Source: Myxococcota bacterium
Lineage (GTDB): Bacteria; Myxococcota_A; Polyangia; Polyangiales; Houyiibacteriaceae
Length of the DNA: 64,000 bases
Direction: 5' to 3'
Assembly: GCA_039028875.1 (NCBI GenBank)
Contig: JBCCHE010000002.1
Span: 98,345 to 162,344, forward strand
Shown here piece after piece: positions 17,715-26,829 of this stretch. The notes beneath the pieces were generated by a model. It was not told the DNA's origin. It did no database searches and saw only the letters and a program-made list of their open reading frames with translations. The translations under genes and the position numbers were made by a program. Position 1 is the stretch's first letter, and each line of letters starts with the position of its first letter.

Positions 17715-18119
17715 TCAGGCGGGCAGCGCCGTCTCCTGGATGAACCGCCACTGGCAGGCTTCGCCACGAACGACAACCACCGCAAGAGCAGCGCGAACGT
17801 TGTGGCCCGCCGACTGTCGTGCACCTGACTGCGTCTCGACGTAAGCGACCACGGCATGCGTATCGTCGCCCTGAATCACGTTCACTTCTGAAACGCGTGC
17901 AACGAACCCAGGGCTGCTCCCGAACGAGTCCTCGATGCTGTCTAGGAAAGCCTTCCCGGCTAGTCTTCGACCGCTCGGATAGATCAGGACCATATTGGGA
18001 TGCACCGCCGCTCGAAGGCGTTCTGCGGTAGCGTCGCGGTCGCCGCTCCCAGAGAACCAACGCGAGAGGTCCTCGTGGAAGGCGTGAACGAAAGGGACGA
18101 CTGGATGAGATTCCGCCAT
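17715..18119 (-). CDS. SnoaL/DUF4440-like (NTF2-fold) protein
   Basis: Trimmed to the ATG at 18119 (MAESHPVVPFVHAFHEDLSRWFSG...). Size and pattern are typical of NTF2-like small proteins. It lies downstream of the HTTM gene on the same strand. Confidence 0.6.
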   Translation of the reverse strand: MAESHPVVPFVHAFHEDLSRWFSGSGDRDATAERLRAAVHPNMVLIYPSGRRLAGKAFLDSIEDSFGSSPGFVARVSEVNVIQGDDTHAVVAYVETQSGARQSAGHNVRAALAVVVVRGEACQWRFIQETALPA

Positions 18120-18168
18120 GCGGACAAGGCTGGCCCCGTGGCGGGCCGCGATCAAGGTCGCACCCCAG

Positions 18169-19170
18169 TTACTGCGTAGGCGCCTCGATCGGCGTCGTCG
18201 CCAAACGACGCCGCGAAACGAGCCTGCCAATGCGCCCGAACGCCGAGGCAACCTCGTTCGGCTGGAAGAGGCACACATAGAACGTGAGCGATACGAGCGA
18301 GAACGGCCCCACGTCCATCGTCGCGAAGATCCCAAGATGAAGCGACGCGCCTACCACGAGGAAGACCTTGCGAAGGTCCCACCGGTTGAACACCGCCCGC
18401 ATGACCCCGGGCCGGTCCCGCGTGTGCCGCAAGTAGAGCACCCACAGGATGACCCACGAGAAGGTCTCAAAGATCCAGGTGACGGCGGAGCCCACCTGCG
18501 TCAGCGGGTACACGTAGGGCACCCAATTCATGTCGAAGCGAAGCCACACCGGGTCCATCCACACTCGGTAGAGCCCGTCGAGCTTCCCCCATGGAACCCA
18601 CTGGGTGTTGGTCTTGTTCAGGCCGGCGAACGTGTACACGATCACAAGCTGAAAGACGCCAAGGTATCGACCCCACGCGCCGACCTGCGCCTCACTCGTC
18701 CAGCGGCCCGTCCGCCTGCGACACCGCACCGAGAGCGTTCCCGTCGCATCGCACAGGAAGAGCAACCAAAGCGCGTTCGTGAGCAACGCATCATCCGAAC
18801 CCACGGTTTCGAAGTTGATCCGTGTCAGGCACAGGTAACCTTGAAGCGTGACGAAGGTCGCAACCCGGCCACCTGCCCCCAGCACCACGCAGATGGCACC
18901 CGCAAGCGTCACCGCGAAGATTCCATTTACAATGGTCGGCCGGGCGGGCCCAAGATCGATGAGCAAGATCTCAAGGGGATCGGTCACGCGATACCCCCCG
19001 TACTCGACGTCGACCCAAAGAAAATCAACGAGCCCCGCGGATAGGATCGACAGCATGCTGTAGAGCAAGCAGAGGCCGATCCCGATCCGAAAGACCGCCC
19101 ACCCGAAAGCCTGCTCCCGGGTGGACCAGAGCTTCACCCACGCCCCCCATGCGCGCGCCACGGGTTTCAT
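18169..19170 (-). CDS. HTTM-domain (vitamin-K gamma-carboxylase-like) integral membrane protein
   Basis: FGWAVFRIGIGLCLLYSML... with multiple TM helices rich in W/F/Y. The overall layout matches the HTTM family. Its start overlaps the upstream stop (ATGA at 19167-19170). Confidence 0.75.
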   Translation of the reverse strand: MKPVARAWGAWVKLWSTREQAFGWAVFRIGIGLCLLYSMLSILSAGLVDFLWVDVEYGGYRVTDPLEILLIDLGPARPTIVNGIFAVTLAGAICVVLGAGGRVATFVTLQGYLCLTRINFETVGSDDALLTNALWLLFLCDATGTLSVRCRRRTGRWTSEAQVGAWGRYLGVFQLVIVYTFAGLNKTNTQWVPWGKLDGLYRVWMDPVWLRFDMNWVPYVYPLTQVGSAVTWIFETFSWVILWVLYLRHTRDRPGVMRAVFNRWDLRKVFLVVGASLHLGIFATMDVGPFSLVSLTFYVCLFQPNEVASAFGRIGRLVSRRRLATTPIEAPTQ

Positions 19171-19814
19171 CGGAGCTTCTCCGCACTGTAGAGCCGCCGA
19201 TCGCTGAACCGGCCCTCGGAAACCTCACCGGCACGAACCTCCGATGCCGGCAGCGTCTCGTGGCGGTACAGCCGAATCCGGACGCTCCTGGCATCCGGAT
19301 AGCCATCCGCTGCCTGCCGCGCGATCCACTTGGACCATGGATCGTACCACGCGGGATCAAAGTGACGTGCCAGACGCCCCGTGAGCTTGCGAAAACGATA
19401 CTGCCGAAAGGTCCGCGATCGGAAATCGTACTCGCGCGAACCCGTCTGATAGACCGGCCGGTATCGAAGCGAGTCGGCGATGTCGACGTGTAGCTGGATC
19501 GGCCGCTCGCGTGGCCGAGAGAACATGGCCCAACCCTGGCGAACACCCGCGAGGTCAGCGTACACGACGAGGGGCTCCGATACGGTGTCGCGCACGTGCA
19601 CGTAGCGCGTCGCCACCCGCCAGAGCCAACTGTCGAAGTCCTCCGTCGACTCGAACCCGAGCCAACTGAAGGTATCGGCGAGCGCGGCAAAGGCAGCCTG
19701 ATTGCTCGCACGGTCCCAAACTTCACGCTGCAACATCTGGCGGGAGGACGGAAGGGTCAGTACCAGGACCGCCAGAATGTGAAGCGCGATAAGCGCCGCT
19801 CGCAGGTGTGCCAT
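19167..19814 (-). CDS. hypothetical membrane-anchored protein, partner of the HTTM gene
   Basis: N-terminal anchor MAHLRAALIALHILAVLVLTL, then an Arg/Trp-rich soluble domain. It is translationally coupled to the HTTM gene. No family recognised. Confidence 0.65.
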   Translation of the reverse strand: MAHLRAALIALHILAVLVLTLPSSRQMLQREVWDRASNQAAFAALADTFSWLGFESTEDFDSWLWRVATRYVHVRDTVSEPLVVYADLAGVRQGWAMFSRPRERPIQLHVDIADSLRYRPVYQTGSREYDFRSRTFRQYRFRKLTGRLARHFDPAWYDPWSKWIARQAADGYPDARSVRIRLYRHETLPASEVRAGEVSEGRFSDRRLYSAEKLR

Positions 19815-19953
19815 GGTCGCCGGGACGCTAACACACCAAACTCAACGCGCGCGACGGAGAGTTTCAGCGTTTGTCGATCCCCGGAGTTCGATCCACGTTC
19901 CGTTCGACCGCGTCCAGACGAAGGGTCAAGAACCCGCTACCGAGAGGAGAATC

Positions 19954-20268
19954 ATGAGCAGTGTGCCGGTCTACATGGTCGCAAATTTTCATGTTCACGA
20001 CCCCGCGGAGTACCGCAAGTACGAGAAAGGGTTCTTCCCGATCCTGAAGCGCCACGGAGGTGAGTTCATCACGTACGATGACAACCCCATCACCCTCGAA
20101 GGCGGCGCTCCTCCCGAGGGTCGCGTCGTCTTGTTTCGGTTTCCGTCAGAAGAAGCGGCGCGTGGCTGGTTCGATGATCCCGAGTATCAAGCGATCTCGG
20201 AGTTCCGCCGGGCGGGCACGAAGATGCAGTTCCTGACCATCGTGCACGGCCTCCCACCGCGAGAGTGA
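19954..20268 (+). CDS. DUF1330-domain protein
   Basis: GAGAGGAG RBS. VYMVANFHVHDPAEYRKYEKGF..LKRHGGEF......LEG......RVVLFRFPSEEAARGWFDDPEYQ matches the DUF1330 pattern. Confidence 0.8.
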   Translation: MSSVPVYMVANFHVHDPAEYRKYEKGFFPILKRHGGEFITYDDNPITLEGGAPPEGRVVLFRFPSEEAARGWFDDPEYQAISEFRRAGTKMQFLTIVHGLPPRE

Positions 20269-20297
20269 CTCGTGTCGGACGCGCAGTCGCCCTCGCG

Positions 20298-21200
20298 CTA
20301 TCGCCGTTCGATCCCCAAAACGCCCGTCCCTACCCGCGACAGCTGCCCCTCAGGCGACAGTGACGTGACATACAAGGAGCACGGATCAAAGGCGCCCTGC
20401 CCGAAAACCAGGCTGGCAGGTGCGCTCAACTCCGCGAAGTCTTCGGTCACGTTCCCTTCGGGGTCGATTTTGGCGATCGTCCCCTCAAGGTTGAGGGCCA
20501 CATACAGGTTGCCCTCGACGTCTATCGCGATTCCATCGGGGGTCGTGCCTTCCTCGAACGGAATCCAAAGCTCTGGCGTTCCGGCTTCGCCTTCACTCGA
20601 CACTGGCACCGTCCACACCCCGGGTTCGGTGAACGTCGTCGCGACGTAGAGCGTGCTTTCGTCGAGTGAGAACACCATCCCGTTCGGCGTCGGCACCCCG
20701 GTCACCCATGTCGAGACTTCGCCCTCCAAGGTAACTTCGTCGATCGCGTCCTCGCCAAATGAGTCGTCAGACACCAACACTGTCCCCCAGGGCGTGTTTA
20801 CGATGAAGTTTGGAGCCCCAAGGCCGTCGGCGAGGACACTGACATCGCCCGACGCGGGGTCGATCACCAGGAGCTCGCCGGTTCGGATCCCCGCTGCGAG
20901 GATTCCCAACTGCGTGCTCTCGAGCCCAAGCAGCGACTCCGATTCCGCGGTGACGACGAAGGAACCGTCGGTGTCAAACCGCAGCAAGCTATCGCTGCCT
21001 TCAGGCAGCGAAGTCGTGGCGAACAGAGAACCCTGATCGAATGTGATCCCTTCGCTCCGTGCCCCAGGGGAATCACCGAACGACTGAACTTCGCCTACGG
21101 CAATGTCGGTCGCACACATCCGTTCGGGCGGGGGAGCGTCGTCCCCGCAGGCGGCTGCGAAAATCCCCAAAGCAAACACACGAAACAGGCATCGGTTCAT
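20298..21200 (-). CDS. SMP-30/gluconolactonase/LRE-like beta-propeller lipoprotein
   Basis: Lipobox (MNRCLFRVFALGIFAAAC). Repeated propeller motifs (PNGMVFSLDESTLYVA, PDGIAIDVEGNLYVA, SLVFG...LYVTS). Confidence 0.8.
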   Translation of the reverse strand: MNRCLFRVFALGIFAAACGDDAPPPERMCATDIAVGEVQSFGDSPGARSEGITFDQGSLFATTSLPEGSDSLLRFDTDGSFVVTAESESLLGLESTQLGILAAGIRTGELLVIDPASGDVSVLADGLGAPNFIVNTPWGTVLVSDDSFGEDAIDEVTLEGEVSTWVTGVPTPNGMVFSLDESTLYVATTFTEPGVWTVPVSSEGEAGTPELWIPFEEGTTPDGIAIDVEGNLYVALNLEGTIAKIDPEGNVTEDFAELSAPASLVFGQGAFDPCSLYVTSLSPEGQLSRVGTGVLGIERR

Positions 21201-21311
21201 CGGTCGTCTCCTCGGTGGGGCAATCTATCGGGATGCCGGCCAGCTGTCACCATACCGGGCCGAGATGCTCGCAGGGAGCCATACGGTAAGCTAAGGCCAG
21301 GGGTTAAGCCC

Positions 21312-24107
21312 ATGTCGAAGCGGATCAAGGTCATCGTCGGGGTCGTTGCCGTGCTGGTTGGGCTCACCCTCGTCGCACTCGCCGTCTTGCCTGTCGTCCT
21401 CAAAGGCCGCGTCGCCGACTTCATGCGGGCCCAACTCAACGAGCAGCTCGAGGCGGAGGTCGACTTCGATGCCATCGATCTCTCGTTGTTGTCGACATTT
21501 CCGACGTTGACCGCAGAAGTGGTCGGCCTCGAGGTGATCGGAGTTGGGGAGTTTGAGGGAACCCCGCTCCTTAGCGTCGCGGCGCTCGGTGCAGGCCTCG
21601 ACCTTCGAGCGCTGATCTTCGACGAAGCGTTCGTCATCGAATCGATCGACATCCGACAACCCGTCGTGAACGTCGTGGAGAGGTCAAGCGGGAACGCCAA
21701 CTACGACATCGTGAGGTCGAGTGGCGACCCCGCGAACCAACCGAACCAAGCGGACAGTACCAACGCACTCACGCTCCAGATCCGACGCTACCGGATCCGC
21801 GACGCGACGATCACCTACCGGTCTCCGGACGCAGAAGTCTCGATCGAATCGCTCAACCACGAAGGCTCCGCGACCATCGCGCCCCAAAGCCAGACCCTGC
21901 GCTCGAGCACGACGATCGCCGCGCTCACCACCAAGGCCGGCCGCATCACGTACGTAAGAGGCGCGAAGGTTGCCCTCGAGGTGGGCGCCACACTCCTCCC
22001 AGACGATTCCCGTGTCGACATGTTCGAACTCGAGATCCGCGTCAACACGCTGACGATCGCCGGCTCCGGGAGTTTGGCGTGGCCAGGCGACGGAGTCGAC
22101 TTGGATGTGAAGCTCGCGTCAGGACAAGGCCAGTCGATCACGGCACTCCTCTCGGCGATCCCCGGCGCCTACGCGAAAGACTTGGCCGGCGTCACAGCGA
22201 GCGGGACCTTCTCGATCGAGGCACAGGCCAAGGGTACGCTTGACCCGACAAGTGACGACCTTCCGGCGTTCGGGGCATCTCTCTTCGTCCGGAACGGCTC
22301 GTTGCAGTACCCGGATCTGCCCGTTCCGCTCTCCGACATCAACGTCTCGGCGAACGTGAAGCACCCGGGCGGTCCACTCGATGAGATGCGGATCGACGTC
22401 CCCGAGTATGCGATTTCCGCCGGACAAAGCCATGCATCGGGCGCTGCCGAGATCACGAAACCCATCTCACGGCCGAACGTGAGGCTCGACCTCAAGGGAC
22501 GCTTTCACGCAGAAGAGATCGCGAACGCGTACCCACTTCCCGATGTCGAAAGGCTCGAGGGTGTGGTCACCGTCGACGTCGACCTCGTCGCGAGCGCAGA
22601 GACGATTCAACGACTCGAAGGAGACATCGCCCTCGATGAGCTCGTGTACGACGAAAAGGACGCGCCCACCGTTCGGGTCCCCAAAGGCCACATCGTCTTC
22701 TCCCCAAGGAGCACACGGATCGATGTCTTGCGCGCTGAGCTTGGCCAAAGTGACGTCTCGATCACGGGGAGCCTTTCGCCGATCAGCGTGTTCTTACGGG
22801 ACGACCAGCTGCTGGTGGGCAACCTTCGGGTCGTGTCTCGCGAGATTCACATCGACGACTTCCTGTCGGAGGAGGGCAGCGCGGCGTCGTCCTCGGGCGG
22901 AGAGACGACGCCCTTCCTCCTTCCCGATGGCATCGATGCGTCGCTCCGCATCCGAGTCGGCGACATAACCTACGACGACCTCGTGCTCTCCGACTTTGTC
23001 GGTTCGGCAAGACTGCGCAAGCGCAAGCTCACGCTGAAGGACGTCAAGGCCAAGGCGCTCGGCGGCGCGATGAAGGTTTCCGGGTTCGTCGCAACCCCAG
23101 AGAACAAGCCGGCGGTGTTCGACCTTCAATACACCGTCGACAAGGCGAGTTTCGCCGAGGCGTTCGAGTCGCTACCTTCCATGCGCGCCTATGCCCCGAT
23201 GGCGCGCTTCGTCGACGGCAGATTCTCTGCGAACATCCACGCGAGTGGTCAACTCGGCAAGGACGGTTCGCCAAAACTCCGAAGCATCGACGCAGACGGG
23301 CTGGTCGTAACGCTCCAGAGCCGGCTCGGATCCAACTTCAAGCCATTGAGTGCCCTGAGCAGAGCCGTGCCCGCGATTCCTGAACCGCTGGACGTCAGCT
23401 CTCTTCGGACGAAGTTTCGGATCGAAGACGGTGCGGTGAAGGTGAAACCGTTCGAGGCCAAGGCCCAGGGCCTGACGATGACCGTAAGCGGCAGCCACGG
23501 CCTCGACCAAGAGATGGACTACCGGATCGGGACTGCTGTCCCGGTGGCCAAAGTGACTGGAGGACTCGCGAAGCAAGTTCGGGGTCTTGGCATCGATGTG
23601 TCGAAGCTCCAAGACGTGGGGGTCGGCGCGCGAATCACCGGCTCGATCTCGAACCCGCGGGTGTCGGTCGATGTCGACAGCGACGCGCTGCGGGGCGCCG
23701 TGGCCGCCACCGTATCGGCGGAGCTCGAGAAGAAGCGACAACAGGCGCTGTCGCTCGTGGCGGCACAGAACCGCAAAGCCATGGTGGAAGCCAAGAAGCG
23801 GGCCGCCCAGATCCGTAAGGAGGGGCAGAAGGCGGCGGCGCGCTTGCGCCAAGAAGGGAACAAGCGAGCCGATCAGCTCGTCGAAGAAGCCGGCAGCAAC
23901 ACCTTCAAGCAAATCGCAGCGAAGGAAGCCGCGAAACAGGTTCGGCGGGAAAGTGACAAGAGGGCAGACCAACTCGCGCGCGAAGCCGACAAACGCGCCG
24001 ACCAGGTCGTGGCCGAAGCCGAGAAGCGTGCGGCGAAGCTCGAACAGCAAGTCGAGGCGCAGAGTCGGAAGGCGCAGGAGGAGGCGACCGGCAGGATCGC
24101 TCCGTGA
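21312..24107 (+). CDS. AsmA-family protein with charged coiled C-terminal tail
   Basis: N-terminal anchor plus an AsmA start (KVIVGVVAVLVGLTLVALAVLPVVLKGRVADFMRAQLNEQLEAEVDFDAIDLSLLSTFP). The C-terminal ~140 aa are K/R/E/A-rich with repeated (D/N)KRADQ(L/V) units. Confidence 0.85.
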   Translation: MSKRIKVIVGVVAVLVGLTLVALAVLPVVLKGRVADFMRAQLNEQLEAEVDFDAIDLSLLSTFPTLTAEVVGLEVIGVGEFEGTPLLSVAALGAGLDLRALIFDEAFVIESIDIRQPVVNVVERSSGNANYDIVRSSGDPANQPNQADSTNALTLQIRRYRIRDATITYRSPDAEVSIESLNHEGSATIAPQSQTLRSSTTIAALTTKAGRITYVRGAKVALEVGATLLPDDSRVDMFELEIRVNTLTIAGSGSLAWPGDGVDLDVKLASGQGQSITALLSAIPGAYAKDLAGVTASGTFSIEAQAKGTLDPTSDDLPAFGASLFVRNGSLQYPDLPVPLSDINVSANVKHPGGPLDEMRIDVPEYAISAGQSHASGAAEITKPISRPNVRLDLKGRFHAEEIANAYPLPDVERLEGVVTVDVDLVASAETIQRLEGDIALDELVYDEKDAPTVRVPKGHIVFSPRSTRIDVLRAELGQSDVSITGSLSPISVFLRDDQLLVGNLRVVSREIHIDDFLSEEGSAASSSGGETTPFLLPDGIDASLRIRVGDITYDDLVLSDFVGSARLRKRKLTLKDVKAKALGGAMKVSGFVATPENKPAVFDLQYTVDKASFAEAFESLPSMRAYAPMARFVDGRFSANIHASGQLGKDGSPKLRSIDADGLVVTLQSRLGSNFKPLSALSRAVPAIPEPLDVSSLRTKFRIEDGAVKVKPFEAKAQGLTMTVSGSHGLDQEMDYRIGTAVPVAKVTGGLAKQVRGLGIDVSKLQDVGVGARITGSISNPRVSVDVDSDALRGAVAATVSAELEKKRQQALSLVAAQNRKAMVEAKKRAAQIRKEGQKAAARLRQEGNKRADQLVEEAGSNTFKQIAAKEAAKQVRRESDKRADQLAREADKRADQVVAEAEKRAAKLEQQVEAQSRKAQEEATGRIAP

Positions 24108-24126
24108 GGCCCCAAGGGGAACCGAC

Positions 24127-24846
24127 CTAGGCGACCAGCGACACGTCGACCTCGGACGAGCGAACGGGCTGGTAGCGAACCGGCCGCTGAATGCCGAGGT
24201 CGCGGCGGACGTCTTCGAGCGGGCGTTCCAGCCACTCATGCCAGGGCACGGCGATGAACCAAGCCGCCTGCCTCGCGAGGTGTCGGCCGCCGGCCACGGT
24301 GTCTCTGGCGCCGACACCCTCCTCGGTCACCCGGCCGAGCTTGAACCAGGCCATGGCAGCAATCATGCCCACACCGATGTTCTTGGTGTTCTGGTAACTG
24401 AACGCGAGGAGTGCCGCCTCTCCGACGAGGTCGCCTTGGTAACCGAGGACGGTGTGCCAAAGGTCGTGGGTGTCGCGAAGCCAATCGCGGATCCAAGTGA
24501 GTTCGTCGGTGGAATCACGGCGTGCCCGCCGGGAGGCTTCGACCAATCCGTCGGCCGTGATCCCCTCGGCATCGACGAACGACAGATAGGCCCTGCCGAG
24601 GGTACCCTCGCCGAGGGCACGAAGAGACTCGCGGTCACAAAGCAGCGGGAGCACGCTCGGGCGTTCAGCGAGAAGACGGCGCCCCTGCTCTGTGGAAGCA
24701 AGCCTGTCTCTGGTGCGGGCAAGGGTCGGTCCTTGCAGGGCTTCGATGATCTCGAAGACGTGCTCGGTTTCGTCCGGGTTGGCAAAGAGCTTGCGCAACG
24801 CGCGCACGGCGTCGAGCGGCCGAAGTGTGGCGAGATTCAGGCTCAT
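24127..24846 (-). CDS. Coq4-family protein
   Basis: Contains THDLWHTVLGYQGDLVGEAAL, the HDxxH-(x)n-E zinc-ligand motif that defines the Coq4 family. Confidence 0.8.
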   Translation of the reverse strand: MSLNLATLRPLDAVRALRKLFANPDETEHVFEIIEALQGPTLARTRDRLASTEQGRRLLAERPSVLPLLCDRESLRALGEGTLGRAYLSFVDAEGITADGLVEASRRARRDSTDELTWIRDWLRDTHDLWHTVLGYQGDLVGEAALLAFSYQNTKNIGVGMIAAMAWFKLGRVTEEGVGARDTVAGGRHLARQAAWFIAVPWHEWLERPLEDVRRDLGIQRPVRYQPVRSSEVDVSLVA

Positions 24847-25523
24847 GATGTTGCGACCTCTGGTTGAGTGAAGTCTGGCCCTTCCGCATCAGCATCGCGG
24901 AGGGATTCGAGGGCCGAGTCGAGTTCGGCGCGGGCGGGCCCGGAAGCGAGACCGAGCAACAGAAGAGAGAGGCCGCGCTCGACTGACACGCGAAGCCCCT
25001 CGTCGTCGATTTCGCCGTGGGCCCATCGAATCGTCTGCGCGACCCAGAGCGAGTACATCGTCCGGGCAAGAGGGACTGGCGCCACCGCCCGCGTGAGCTC
25101 CCCGCGTCGCTGCCCGTCTCGAACGATACCGGCCATCAACGCCACGTAGCGATCACCGTAGTCACGTCGGATGTCGTTTGGGCCAGGCGCCGACGCAAAG
25201 AGGCAGATGAGTTCACGGGCGTAGGCCGGGGCCTCGATCAACGGAACGAGCCCCGCACGCCACAGCGAACGCGCACGCGTCACCAGGCTCCCATGCGCGA
25301 CGATACCGGTCTCGGAGACCTGTGCGAAGAGCGCTTCCATCAGGGCGCCAAGGAGCGCGTCCTTGCCCCCGACGAGGTTGTAGACCGTCGGAACGGAGAC
25401 CCGGCTCGCTCGCGCGAGGTCGCGCATCGTGACGCCGTCCCATCCTCGCGACGCCATGAGCGCCTGCGCCTCGGCCAGAATCCGAGCGCGGCGTTCTTCT
25501 TTTTGCAGGGCAAGGAGGCTCAT
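24843..25523 (-). CDS. TetR/AcrR-family transcriptional regulator
   Basis: The N-terminal HTH (RILAEAQALMASRGWDGVTMRDLARASRVSVPTVYNLVGGKDALL) is typical TetR. Its stop overlaps the Coq4 gene start (ATGA). Confidence 0.9.
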   Translation of the reverse strand: MSLLALQKEERRARILAEAQALMASRGWDGVTMRDLARASRVSVPTVYNLVGGKDALLGALMEALFAQVSETGIVAHGSLVTRARSLWRAGLVPLIEAPAYARELICLFASAPGPNDIRRDYGDRYVALMAGIVRDGQRRGELTRAVAPVPLARTMYSLWVAQTIRWAHGEIDDEGLRVSVERGLSLLLLGLASGPARAELDSALESLRDADAEGPDFTQPEVATS

Positions 25524-25527
25524 TTTT

Positions 25528-25553
25528 AACGTGTTAAAAATCTATAACACGTT
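25528..25553. promoter_or_regulatory. candidate TetR operator (inverted repeat in an AT-rich gap)
   Basis: AACGTGTTA (25528-25536) -N8- TAACACGTT (25545-25553), a perfect 9-bp inverted repeat. It starts 5 nt beyond the TetR start codon (25523) in the divergent gap to the gene at 25690. Confidence 0.5.
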
Positions 25554-25689
25554 TAACCCTTGCGTCCAGACGGATTCGGCGACCCGTCCGGGGCCCCGTC
25601 GACGGTCTTGGAAATCGACGAGCCGGGGCACCGCCTCCTGATTTCGTGCACTAGAGTCATGCCATTCAAGCGGCGACAAAGGACGAGTC

Positions 25690-26817
25690 ATGCAGATAGG
25701 CGAACCAATCGATCAGCGCATCCCTTGGGTGCGTCAGATCCTGGACCTCAAAGGCGCACGCGCGCTCAGGTCCCCAGGCCCGAAGCTCAAGGCCGTGCGG
25801 GCTGCCGGGAAGGCTCTCGGTGACGACCTCCGGGCCGGACCCAAGGTGGTTTGCGTTCGCACCCTACCCCTGACGACGCTTCTCTACCCGACGACGTTTG
25901 CGTTCAACCGCGCGGTTCCTCTTCCGTGGCCCTACGTCCAGATGTTCCACCGGTGCCTGCTGATTCAGGTCATGGCGGATGGTGAGTTGAAGAACATCCT
26001 CTTCAATCCAAGTGACTACGACGCATCACGGGCGACTCCCTTCTTCGCCAAGATGATCGATAAAGTCGGTGAGCGCGGCGCCAAGCTGCTCGCGAGGCAA
26101 AACGACCACGTCGACGTGCAGCTTGCGGAGCTTGGCCTCAGCGCAGACGACATCGACATCGTCGCCTGGGATCATTTTCATACGCAGGACATGCGGCCGA
26201 TCATCGGAACGCGCGACACCAAGGCGCGCTTCCCGAACGCGCTCCTCTTGGCCCCGCGTCAGGAATGGGACGATTGGGGAGACCTCCATCCGCTGCAGCA
26301 CTCGTGGTTTGTTCGGGACGGGAAGCGCGGAGTACCCGACGACAAGGTCGTACTCTTCGACGACGACATCAGCCTCGGTGAGGGTTGCATGATCCTCAAG
26401 ACGCCCGGCCACACCACAGGCAACCAAACCCTTTTCGTGCACGCCGATGATGGCGTCTTCGGGACATCGGAGAACGGGACGAGCGCCGACAACTGGTCGC
26501 CCCACGAATCGCGAATTCCAGGCCTCAAGAAGTACGCAGAACTCTACGACTACGAGGTCATCCTCAACTCGAACACGCCGGAGCTCAGCGCTGAGCAGTA
26601 CACATCCATGATCCTCGAGCGGGAGATCGTCGATGCGGTGCCCGGCCGGCCCGAACTCGTGCAGATGTTCCCTTCGAGCGAGGTGACACCGTCGGCGTTT
26701 GCACCAGGGATTCGCCCAACCACCGTCTTCGGCGAACGCACGAGTGGAATGCTCAAGACACAGCGGACCGCCCCAGCGGCCGCAGTTCCAGCTGCGGTGC
26801 CCCCGGCCGCCGAGTAA
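25690..26817 (+). CDS. metallo-beta-lactamase-fold-like hydrolase (tentative)
   Basis: AAGGA RBS. The motifs WDHFHTQD and KTPGHTTGNQTLFVH resemble an MBL metal-ligand layout, but the first motif deviates from HxHxDH. Confidence 0.55.
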   Translation: MQIGEPIDQRIPWVRQILDLKGARALRSPGPKLKAVRAAGKALGDDLRAGPKVVCVRTLPLTTLLYPTTFAFNRAVPLPWPYVQMFHRCLLIQVMADGELKNILFNPSDYDASRATPFFAKMIDKVGERGAKLLARQNDHVDVQLAELGLSADDIDIVAWDHFHTQDMRPIIGTRDTKARFPNALLLAPRQEWDDWGDLHPLQHSWFVRDGKRGVPDDKVVLFDDDISLGEGCMILKTPGHTTGNQTLFVHADDGVFGTSENGTSADNWSPHESRIPGLKKYAELYDYEVILNSNTPELSAEQYTSMILEREIVDAVPGRPELVQMFPSSEVTPSAFAPGIRPTTVFGERTSGMLKTQRTAPAAAVPAAVPPAAE

Positions 26818-26829
26818 CGTGCCGGGGCG

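Noticed and set aside
16636-19814. Possible Sdp-like (sdpABC/sdpRI) toxin-immunity system, suggested by a DUF1648 (SdpI-N-like) protein near an HTTM (SdpB-like) protein
   Set aside because: The two genes are on opposite strands, separated by unrelated genes. No SdpC-like toxin precursor, SdpA or SdpR is recognisable. The resemblance is at the superfamily level only.
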